Shown: positions 25,226 to 36,540 of the stretch, piece after piece
Numbering within the stretch: position 1 is the stretch's first letter
How the letters are laid out: each line of letters starts with the position of its first letter
Assembly: GCF_001194135.2 (NCBI RefSeq)
Contig: NC_068989.1
Location: 78,961,576-79,019,210 of the forward strand
Source: Octopus bimaculoides
Taxonomy: Eukaryota
Direction of reading: 5' to 3'
DNA length: 57,635 bases
Translations under genes and position numbers: made by a program
Notes under the pieces: generated by a model
What the model was told of the DNA's origin: nothing
Database searches by the model: none
Seen by the model: the letters and a program-made list of their open reading frames with translations, nothing else

Positions 25226-25627
25226 CACACACATACATACATGCATACATACATATGCACGTAAACATACATACATGCCTACAAAAACACACACACACAC
25301 ACAGACTCACATTATATATGTATATACAAGTGGATATATATATATATACACACACACACACATATACATGCATGCATATATACATATGCACAAATACATG
25401 CATGCACATACACACACATACACGCACGCACACACACACACACACACACACTCACAAACATAAGTTTGGTGATGCAAACAGGAAAATAGAACTCAAAACA
25501 GGAGTATGTATACATTTTCTTATTACTAGTCAGCAAAAGTTAAAGAGTGATTCAAGGACCAAATGTTTTGTGTGTTGAGTCACTCTCGAACTTGTACCAA
25601 TTATTAGAAAAACATATACATACAAAT

Positions 25628-25694
<67 letters not shown>

Positions 25695-25987
25695 TTAAAT
25701 GATGATGATGACAAAGATGATATACATAAACATACATACATATGAAAAATATGTATGCATATATACATACACATACATACACATTTAAATATATATAACC
25801 ACCCAGAGATGTTTATATATATATAAATACATGTATCACATGTATCAGCCATGTGCTGTCAGTAAGTACTCAGGGCAGGCAGTTGGTGACCCTATGTAGT
25901 AAAGCACAGAAAAGATAAGTGAAGCACAGGCATGCAACTGAGTTGAAGGCAGATTTACTTCTGCTTTTATAACACGTAGAGAAAACA

Positions 25988-26265
25988 TCATCATCATCAT
26001 CATCATCGTTTAACGTCCGCTTTCCATGCTAGCATGGGTTGGACAATTTGACTGAGGACTGGCAAACCAAATGTCTACACCAGGCTCCAATCTAATCTGA
26101 CAGAGTTTCTACAGCTGGATGCCCTTCCTAACGCCAACCACTCCGAGAGTGTAATGGGTGCTTTTACGTGCCACAGGCACGAAGGCAAGTCATGTGGTAC
26201 TGGCAACGGCCAGACTCAAAATGATGTATTTTCCGTACCACCTGCACAGGAGCCAGTCCAGCGGC
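25988..26265 (-). mobile_element. Family A retroposon
   Basis: (ATC)n tail followed by the consensus body. Confidence 0.85.
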
Positions 26266-26858
26266 AGTGTTGTAGAAATGTACACAGCACATGTACTACA
26301 GCAGTATTACGTGTCGCTTAAATACTGAGATTGAAAAGCAGGGATGAATTATGCCTACCTAATCTACAAAAAAATAAAATATTTTGCATTTTATGCATAG
26401 TAATCAGACTAACCTTCATAATTATATTGACTTAGGTGCATATTTTGTCATGAGAGGAAAATGTTGCTATCGATCTATTCTATTCGAGGTAGGCAATGTC
26501 TACCTTGCCTACCTGGGCAGCATGTCCCTGGTATGTATGTGTTGTATAACATGTATCTACAAAAGTGTGTATGTACGTGTATGCATGTGCATGAGGTGGG
26601 GAGCACACATGTATATGATGTGTGAATGTGTACGTTTATCACCGCACAGCTTCGCATTGCCATCACTTGTGTAGTAATGACAACATGTTGTTTGTGTCTC
26701 AAAGACTGCAGCAACATTAAATGAAGTGTTTTACTAAAGAGTGCAATTGCGCCACTCAGTTTGTGAACTGAATCCACCAATTAACAACCATGAGTGTGAC
26801 ACCCTAACAACTAGGCTGTGCCTTCATACATACACATGCACATATATTCATATATATA

Positions 26859-26915
<57 letters not shown>

Positions 26916-27142
26916 ATGACTGCTGAGTGGTTGGTGTTAGGAAGGGAATCCAGCTGTAAAAATCCTGCCAATACAGTTACAGAAGACTGGTGCAAGCTTT
27001 GGTCTGGCCGGCTCTTGTGATACAGGGAACACAGACATTAAACGATGATGATCTATAACAATATATCATTGTAATATTTTATTCTCCGATTTGAAGCGAC
27101 AATTTTTAAATACATATATATATCATCATCATCATCATCGTC

Positions 27143-27198
<56 letters not shown>

Positions 27199-27900
27199 TG
27201 GACTTCTTTCACTTTCCATCTACGAGATCCACTCACAAGGCTTGACTTGAGCTGAGACTATAGTAGAAGACATTTGCCCAAGGTGACAAGCAATGGTGTT
27301 GACCCCGAGACCGCATGGTCGGAAAGCAAGTTTCTTAACCACACAGCCTCATCTGCACACATAGCAATTATGCTGCGTATGTAAATGAGACACTATTATT
27401 AATCGTTACAATCCAGGTATTTCTATTTTCTGTTACCTTCCGCAGTGGATACAATGAGAGCAGCATTCCATCTGTGACGAGTTATAAACAGGCACCTAGC
27501 CAAATTACATATAATTGTCATTGCTAATTAACTAGCACAAACAAGCTTACAACAAACAGACAGACTTTCTATAATACTTTTCTTAATTTGACCTACTCTT
27601 TTTAATCCTGGGTAATTTTAGCATTATTACATGCAGTGTGGCTGAATAGTTATATGTCAGATGGTTAAAGACATTCACATCACCACCACTACAAGCTTCC
27701 GAGTTTCAGTCACACTGCATGTCTTCAGTAGGTACAGCTGTGTGGCTAAGAACCTCGCATTGCAATCATGCGGTTTTGCGGTTCAGTCCCACCGTGCAGC
27801 ACCTTGGGCAAGACACTCTTCTACTGTTCGTCCCATGTTGACCAATGCCTTGTGAGGGAATTTAGTAGACCGAAACTATGTGGAAGCCTGTCATATATAT

Positions 27901-28310
27901 ATCATCATCATCATCGTTTAACGTCCGCTTTCCATGCTAGCATGGGTTGGACGATTTGACTGAGGACTGGTGAAACCGGATGGCAACACCAGGCTCCAGT
28001 CTAATTTGGCAGAGTTTCTACAGCTGGATGCCCTTCCTAACGCCAACCACTCAGAGAGTGTAGTGGGTGCTTTTACGTGTCACCCGCACGAAAACGGCCA
28101 CGCTCGAAATGGTGTCTTTTATGTGCCACCCGCACAAGCCAGTCCAGGGGCACTGGCAACGATCTCGCTCGAAAATCCTACGGGAGCCAGTCAGGCGGTA
28201 CTGGCAACGGGCACGCTCAAAATGGTGCATCTCATGTGCCACCCGCACAAGAACCAGTCCAGGGGCACTGGCAACGATCTTACTTGGCTTGCCGGGTCTT
28301 CTCACGCACA
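27901..28310 (-). mobile_element. Family A retroposon, longest copy, with duplicated internal module
   Basis: Near-consensus and CpG-intact. The module cccgcacaag..ccagtccaggggcactggcaacgatct occurs twice. Confidence 0.9.
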
Positions 28311-28325
28311 GCACATTTCCAAAGG

Positions 28326-28364
<39 letters not shown>

Positions 28365-28378
28365 CACATGAATATCTG

Positions 28379-28418
<40 letters not shown>

Positions 28419-31400
28419 GAAGGCAGCTATATGTAATACAAAACCAAAAAGGAAAAATTCAATTCTCACTAATCGTGACTGAGGATGCAGTGTAGCACCA
28501 ACATTGCTAGAAATAAGAGTTAAAGACCCTGGGGTAGATATATATACATATATATGTATATATATATATATACATGTATATTTGTGCATGAGTATGTGAA
28601 TGTGTGGGTGTGTGCCTTTGCGCCTGTGCGTGCCTCCTCCTACCACTTGGAACTGGTGCTGGTTTGTTTATGGCTCTATAACTTAGAAATTCAGCAAAAA
28701 GACCAACAGAGTAAATACCAAGCTTCAAAAAAATTAAATAAGTAAGTATAGGGGATGATATGTTTGACTAAAACCCTTCAAGGTGGTACCTTGGTTTGGC
28801 CACAGTCCAGTGACTGAAGTAAGTAAAAGATAAAGATACCCAATGGCTTGGGTATCTTTAGCAGATTTTTAATGAGGGTGACAGATTAAGTAGCTCTGAC
28901 TCCTAAGAACAACTGCAGTCCATCCAATTGACTGCTTCAGTGTTTCTGTCTTCTCAATTTCATTCCTAAGGCGCTGAATAGAAGACACAAACCAAAGATG
29001 CTGCACAATAAAATCACATTTGGAACCTCATGATTGCTATTCGTTAGGTATATGGTTTTAAAGCAAACTTTAAAACCATATACACTAGGTAGCCTTGATC
29101 AAGGAATACGCTCACCAACTAAACATGGTGTTCCGAGTTAAAATTCCAAGGTTAACTCTGCTTTTCATCTTTTCAGGGTCAATAAAATAAGTACATGTGT
29201 ACTGGGGTCTGGGATGAATGTAATCAACTAACCTCTTTCCTTAAAAATTTCAGGCCTTGTACCTATAGTAGAATGAAATAAGTTAGCATGGCTGTGTGAT
29301 TAAGAACCTTACTTCCCGACCATGTGGTTTTGGGTTCAATCCCACTGCCCAGTACCTTGCGCTTGGGCAAGGATCCTCTACTATAAGTCTGGGCCAATCA
29401 AAGCCCTTGAGAGTGGATTTGGCAGAGGGAAACTGAAAGAAACATGCCATGTATGTACGTACATATATGATATACTGCTTTCAGCTTCCATCTACCAAAT
29501 CCACTCATGTAAGTAGGTTCACAGTAATTATTTTTTCGTTTTTGAAACCTGATATTTATTTTATTAGTCTCTTTTGCCAAACCATTAAGTTACAGGGATA
29601 TAAACACAACAGCACCATTTGTGAAGTGGTGGTGGTGGGCATACACACACACACACATAAAAAAAAGGCTTCAGATTCCATCTACCAAATCCAATCACAT
29701 GGTTTTGGTCAGCCTGAGGCTATTGTAGAAGACACTCGTCCAACATGCCGCACAGTGGGACTGAACCCAGAACCATGTGACTGGAAAGCAAACTTCTTAC
29801 CACACAGCCACGTCTGCACATATTATCCAATTTCTTTCAGCATTCAGATAACTCTATCAAATATAACGTTCATTTATTCCCATCATTTTGAATTAACCAT
29901 ACATCATCTTACAGCTTCAAGATTTCAATGATGTGAGTGTATCTTTTAGAATGACATTGTATGGTAGTTATGAGACGCTGGTCTGACCACTTTGAAGATA
30001 AAACAGGCAGAACATTCAGGTTGAACATGGCCTGTTTAAGTGCTATACAATTAACACAATTTACTTGAGAAAGAGTTTCTATACTACAGACACAAATACA
30101 CCTTTAAAGCTTGTATTTCTTTTTAATCAGAAAGATAGGTTTGGCAGTCATGGAGATCACATGTAAGGATACAGGTTTGTGAGTTTGAACTAGAAATTTC
30201 CAGATACTCTGATCAAAGAGATTTTTCTATTTGCTTAGGAAGTAATGCACAAGGTTAAACCGAGATTTCACCACGTATGAACTTGGAAAAGCTATGAAAA
30301 TGGGCTCAACAGTTGCGCAACACTTGCAATAAGTTTGCAGTTTTATTATTTTTTTAAAACCAGTTTTTTTAAACCAATTTTTTTTTAGCATTCACATTAT
30401 TTTGAATTAATCATACACTATCATGTAACTTTGAGATTCTGATAATGTGATTGTTTATTTTTTTAATGACATTGTAGGGTAGTGCAAGAAGTCAGATCTG
30501 ACCAGTTTGAAAATAAAACAAATTCTATTTAGACCAGATGTGGCCAGCTTAAATGCTAAAGAATGTCGTCGTCGTCGTTTAACGTCCGCTTTCCATGCTA
30601 GCATGGGTTGGACGATTTGACTGAGGACTGGTGAAACCAGATGGCTACACCAGGCTCGGATATAATTAAGCTTCAAGACTGTAAGTCATTTCGATAAACT
30701 TTAAGAAAGTTATCGAAATTTTCACTTTTGACTTCAACTTCAGCATGATCCACAGATTTTTGTTGTTCTGTAATAAAGGAATTTAGCAAAAATTTCAGTA
30801 GCCAAGCCCCATGAACTCTTAAGCTTTTACTCATTCCTGCCAAAATTTTATTCACCACCAGAGAATGAGTGTATGTATATGTGAGAGGGAGAGAGAGAGA
30901 GAGTATGCATGAAGTATATATAAATGTATGTATGTATATATGTGTGTGTATTTATATATGTGTGCATATCTATATGTGTGTGTGTATGTATATAAATATG
31001 CATGTGTATATATAAATGTGTGTGTATTTATATGTCTGTATATATAAATGTGTGTATGTATATGTCTGTATATATAAATGTGTATGTATTTATATGTGTG
31101 TGCATATCTATGTGTGTGTATTTATGTGTGTGCATATCTATGTGTGTGCATATCTATGTGTGTGTGTGTGTATGTATATAAATATGCATACGTGTGTGTA
31201 TAAATGTATATCTATATACAAATGTGTATTTATATTATATACGTTATTATAATCATTGCTTAACGTCCACTTTTTCATGTAGTACGAAGTTTATTGAGGC
31301 AGATTTTCTAAAGTCGGATGCCCTTACTGCCTTACTGTTTCCAAGTAAGGCAATACTTCCCCATAGCCAAACGTGTTCCCCCAGAATAATAGAAATGAAT

Positions 31401-32699
31401 GGACACTGCTTGTATCACAAACACACATATTTATTTATTACATACCTATAACATTATCGCTGGTATTTTCAGTCAGTGATGACAAACGATTTTGATTTTT
31501 AATTATTTGAATATATCGATTACATCATTAAGATCGGTTATATACAAAAACAAACTTTATTAAATATAATAATCACTAGAATTCGGTTAAGACGGTTGGT
31601 GATAATCGTTATTAGCAAGAATGAGCAGCGAGTGAAACGTGAGTATATGGGGAAAACGTGAATGAAGAAATGAAAGATGAACACAGTGTAAAGTGAAACG
31701 GGAGTGAATGAAAATATCTGGAGAGAGAAAGAGAGAGATCCCTTCGTTATTGCTTAATATATCCCTCGAAATGAGCGAGTAATTTGTAATACTAACTGCA
31801 CACACATCTTAACATTATAACAGCTGATGAGCGAGTCTGTAAATGGTCAATCGACCTGCTAAATATAGCAAACAAATCGCTTTCAAATTACAGCCTACTG
31901 TTTGAAGAGAAAGCAGAGGAGGGCTCCTTATATAAGGTAATTCTAGATAAGCCTGAATATACAACATTATATATATATATATATAGGGCCGACGAATGAG
32001 CCTCCATACAGTCACTAGTCCTGCTAAAAATAGCAAACAAACTGCACTCAAATTTCGCACTCCTCTTTTTAAAAAAATTGGGAGAGGTTACATTGTATAA
32101 GGTAATCCTAGATATGCCTAAATAGACGGGATGGTCACGGCTAGAGTATATTTTATCCTACATTGCAATTGCATTTCCCACAACCCACACACTATTTCTA
32201 AAATGAAGGGTACATTGAACAATGTAGTAAAATTCCTCACATACAGAAAGACGGGTTGATCACGGGATTATCCCAACCATTTATTACAAGTGTGCTCAGT
32301 CAGGGCTGATCAACATAAGACTAAACAACAACACACATTTGGCTATAAACGTGGAAACCACAAAGTGGCTTCCTCCGCATGCTAGAAATAGACACCAATT
32401 TTCCCTCAAATCACGTAATTCTGTGTTACCCGAACACAGGAAAAAGACAGGGTGGTAGCCGCAAGAATGTCTTTGATTATGGGTCGGTTCAATTTGGACT
32501 GACCTAGGGCTAAACAACAATAACACTAACACAAACATTTATCTTGTTGCAACACACATAGATACAGTACAGGCAGTTGTTACTCGTAAACACATATGGC
32601 ATGGTAACATGCATCATATTCTCGCTGTTTCAGGTGTCCATGTGGTCGGGAGCAGAGATATATATACCCTTTCGGATCTCCTCACCTTTGACTCGGCGA

Positions 32700-32844
32700 A
32701 ACATTGCAGAATGTGACAGCTGGATGGTACTCATATGTAGCTAAGTGGACCGGAGCAATGCGAAATGAAGAGCTACCCGATCCAGGAACTGAACCCTTAA
32801 CCTTAGGATCGTGAGCAGAGTACCTATCCGCTAGACTATGTACC
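32700..32844 (-). mobile_element. tRNA-like SINE head plus central domain (second composite unit)
   Basis: The minus strand reads catagtctagcggatagg (A-box-like) ... gggttcagttcc (B box) ... ttgctccggtccacttagctacatatgagtacc. Confidence 0.6.
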
Positions 32845-32863
32845 ATTACAAACTCAAGGTAAT

Positions 32864-32915
32864 GCTTACAAGCTCCGAAGTTTCCAAAGTGGTCCCTCGT
32901 CTTAGTATTAACTAA
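32864..32915 (-). pseudogene. Degenerate 3' part of a 5S rRNA-derived sequence
   Basis: The minus strand reads atactaagacgagggaccactttggaaacttcggagcttgtaagc, aligning with the 5S 3' half (GTACTTGGATGGGTGACCGCTTGGGAATACCGGGTG..GTAxGC). Confidence 0.6.
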
Positions 32916-32922
32916 TCGGCGA

Positions 32923-33018
32923 AGGTAAAGAATACGCACACCTGGTGTTTAGGGTTAGGGTTAGGGTTTAGTATCAGGGTTTTACGTTGAAAATGGGTGG
33001 TGTGCGTATTCTTTACCT
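32923..33018. mobile_element. 96-bp miniature inverted-repeat element containing (TTAGGG)n
   Basis: Perfect 20-bp TIRs aggtaaagaatacgcacacc (32923-42) and ggtgtgcgtattctttacct (32999-33018) enclose tgtttagggttagggttagggtttag. Confidence 0.75.
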
Positions 33019-33029
33019 CCAACATCTAA

Positions 33030-33126
33030 ACTGCCTTGCTCAAAGACACGATGCACCGCCTGATGCAAGAATCGAACCAACGACATTATAATCACGAGAC
33101 GAGCACATAACCACTAAGCTACACGC
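33030..33126 (-). mobile_element. tRNA-like SINE head (first composite unit)
   Basis: The minus strand reads gtgtagcttagtggtta (A box) ... ggttcgattct (B box) ... tgtctttgagcaaggcag. Confidence 0.65.
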
Positions 33127-33146
33127 ATTCATAAACACAAGGTGAT

Positions 33147-33268
33147 GCTTACAAGCACCTAGGATTCCCAAGCGGTCACTCATCTAAGAATGAATTATGT
33201 TGGACTGGACGTTGCATAACTTCGGTGAACCGACGAAAACCGGTGTTTTCGACGTGATATGGTGCTAA
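33147..33268 (-). pseudogene. Near full-length 5S rRNA-derived sequence (pseudogene or SINE3-type head)
   Basis: The minus strand reads accatatcacgtcgaaaacaccggttttcgtcggttcaccgaagttatgcaacgtccagtcc...ttagatgagtgaccgcttgggaatcctaggtgcttgtaagc. It is colinear with animal 5S rRNA but diverged, has a small insertion and lacks an oligo-T terminator. Confidence 0.88.
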
Positions 33269-34172
33269 TATCTATATAAGGTTTACGCAGATAAACAAAT
33301 AAACATGCGCTACACTTCGATAAATCTCGTATTGGGTTGTTCTGTCAACTGAGATAATGCGTTTAGCCAAGTATTCCAAATACTGATTGCTTAAATACTA
33401 CAACAGCAAAGCTAAATTCTTACATTATTAATAGTACATATTCCTTTGTACGCTACACATACACACACACACACACACACATATATATTTAGTCGGAGCA
33501 GACTATACAAGCAATGGTAAAGTTTGTGTAACAGATGTTTGTCAGGAACCAACGACGGAGCGAGCCCCACTCCACTTCACCCCTTTCTCTCTATGCGGTC
33601 CCTCGGTTTGCAAACATAGCAACCAAATAACACTCAACTGTCTCATAAAAAATAGGGCCCTACAAGTACATTTAGTTAACGAAAACTGTATGGAAGCTCG
33701 TCGTATATAATACGTGTGTATGTATGTATGGATGTAAGTATTTATGTATGTATGTATGTATGTATGTATGCGGCTTCGTGTTTGTGCGTTTCATACCACT
33801 TGGTGTTGGTTTATTTATACCCCTGTAATCCAGCTGATCGACAAGGAGAACCGACAGAATAAGTAGCAAGCTTAAGATGGGTACAGAGGTAGAATCATAT
33901 CGACTAAAACACCTTCGAGGTGGTGCCCCAGCACGGTCGCAGCCCCAGTAAAAGAGTGAATGCATTGGGAGAATGTAGTTTCATACAAGCTATACTAAAT
34001 GAGACAGAATGGTCACGGTTGGAACGCTCTTGATTATAGGTATGGTAGATGACAGCTGTCCTGGGACTAACCAGCAGCAACAATTAAAACAACGAGGAAG
34101 CCGCTATGAGGTCACTTAACCAGTTAAAAATAGCAGTCGATCACATCTTACCGTCAAAAACAAAAAGAAAAG

Positions 34173-34217
<45 letters not shown>

Positions 34218-36428
34218 GATATTGTAATCTTCACAGTTTCGGAATAAAAGCTGTTATGTTCTTAGCTGGAACACCTTTTGACATGGGTCTGATGTATCAG
34301 AGATGATCTACGGTTAAAACAGTAACAATAGATGTATTAAAGTTACCAGCAGGATTACCACATGAATGAAAGTTAGAATACCGGTGACTAGCTTCGATTC
34401 GTTGATTGTAGTATTGTAAGTCAGTCTACGTACGAACTTACGTAAATAACGCATGAGCAAGACATGAAAGTACATGCTTTTATTCCCTTTTCCTCTGTTG
34501 CCTTGTGCTTATTATATAAGTAAGCATTAAACATAAGCCCCTGGATAAAGGAAGAGGGGGAAGCGGGTATGAAAAGCCAACAGTAAAAGTGAAAGTCATG
34601 GAGTTTAAAAGGAGGGGATAGACAAGCGGTGAAAGAGATAAAAAACGAGAGAGATGACTGACAGATGAATAAGAGTAAAGATGGGCGAATTGAGAATCGA
34701 GGGGGATGAAAGAGGGGACATGAGAGAATACTATTTGTAAATGTGACTAACAGAGGTGGAGGGGAGTAAGAAATACAGAAAGACTGGGAGCTGTTGGAGA
34801 GCTGGTAGAGAAAGAGATAAAGGACTAACAGAGGGGGAGAGAAAAATAAAGATAGTGGAATGAATTAGAGATAGATAGAGAGAGACAAAATAACTAATAG
34901 AAGAGGAGAGTAAAATAGAGAGACTGGGACGAATAAGTGAACAGAAAAGGGGGGGAGAGAAACGACGTGGCTAACAACAGGAAAAAAGAAAATAGAGAGA
35001 CAGAGGAATTAAAAGAGACATAAAAAGAGACAGTGACTAATAGAGGAGGAGAGAAATTAGAAAGACTGATAAGAATTACAGAATAGAAAGTGGGAGCAAG
35101 AGAGAGAGGGGGAGAGAAAGAGTGACTAATGGAGTCGCAGTGAAAAACAGAGAGAGTGAAAATAGAGAGAGTAAGAAAACAATGAAGTGTCGGCTGTGTT
35201 GATGAGATGTGGGTGTTTTGAAAACAGTAGCAATGCTTTTGGAATGAAGTAATTCGGTTCGGCTTTTATTAACTCAGCCAAAGCTGTTTAATTAATCAGC
35301 AACACAATAAGACGAGAAAAAGAAATCATTTAATTTCGGACGTTCGCTCCATAATGGTGGTGGTGATATAAGCGGGGGTGTTGTCGATAACAAAATGATA
35401 TCGATGTAACCGAAAAGAAGCATGGACAATTTAATAATTATAATCATTTAGGATAGTTCCCGGAAATGTTATCGAAAACAGGAGTGGGATAAACAAAAAA
35501 AAAACAAAGAAGACTCCGTGGGAAAAAGATATATATATATATATATATATACAAAGAAAAAAGACCTTGCGTGTCTATAAGATATTTTAGCGTCGTAAAT
35601 TTCTCAGTGTCACCTTTCAAGTTTTAATTTGTTTTTCTTATGTCCCCGGCGAGAAAGACGCCCAGCGTGTATTCCAATATTAAAAAGGAGTATACATGAA
35701 AAGCAATGCAGGCGCTAGTTTGTTTTATGAATCTCAACATTTGTNNNNNNNNNNNNNNNNNNNNNNNNNNNNNNNNNNNNNNNNNNNNNNNNNNNNNNNN
35801 NNNNNNNNNNNNNNNNNNNNNNNNNNNNNNNNNNNNNNNNNNNNNNNNNNNNNNNNNNNNNNNNNNNNNNNNNNNNNNNNNNNNNNNNNNNNNNNNNNNN
35901 NNNNNNNNNNNNNNNNNNNNNNNNNNNNNNNNNNNNNNNNNNNNNNNNNNNNNNNNNNNNNNNNNNNNNNNNNNNNNNNNNNNNNNNNNNNNNNNNNNNN
36001 NNNNNNNNNNNNNNNNNNNNNNNNNNNNNNNNNNNNNNNNNNNNNNNNNNNNNNNNNNNNNNNNNNNNNNNNNNNNNNNNNNNNNNNNNNNNNNNNNNNN
36101 NNNNNNNNNNNNNNNNNNNNNNNNNNNNNNNNNNNNNNNNNNNNNNNNNNNNNNNNNNNNNNNNNNNNNNNNNNNNNNNNNNNNNNNNNNNNNNNNNNNN
36201 NNNNNNNNNNNNNNNNNNNNNNNNNNNNNNNNNNNNNNNNNNNNNNNNNNNNNNNNNNNNNNNNNNNNNNNNNNNNNNNNNNNNNNNNNNNNNNNNNNNN
36301 NNNNNNNNNNNNNNNNNNNNNNNNNNNNNNNNNNNNNNNNNNNNNNNNNNNNNNNNNNNNNNNNNNNNNNNNNNNNNNNNNNNNNNNNNNNNNNNNNNNN
36401 NNNNNNNNNNNNNNNNNNNNNNNNNNNN

Positions 36429-36540
36429 AACCCTAACCCTAACCCTGTCCCTAATCCTATCCCTAACCCTAACCCTAACCCGCGTGTGCAAATGAATACG
36501 TGTTTAGGGTTAGGGTTAGGAATAGGGTTAGGGTTAGGAT
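36429..36540. repeat. Interstitial fold-back of telomeric repeats: (CCCTAA)n-spacer-(TTAGGG)n
   Basis: Degenerate CCCTAA units at 36429-36480 and TTAGGG units at about 36503-36538. The left end abuts a gap. Confidence 0.85.

Noticed and set aside
26487-26514. 10-bp stem hairpin aggtaggcaa/ttgcctacct
   Set aside because: Short and isolated; probably a subterminal repeat of an eroded DNA element, with no further support.
27768-28436. Recurrent MKPDGNTRLQSNLAEFLQLDALPNANHSESVVG ORFs
   Set aside because: Antisense translation of the family A repeat, found at each copy, with no protein-family signature.
33147-33268. Functional 5S rRNA gene
   Set aside because: Too diverged, has an internal insertion, lacks an oligo-T terminator and is fused to a tRNA-like head; treated as a pseudogene or SINE head.
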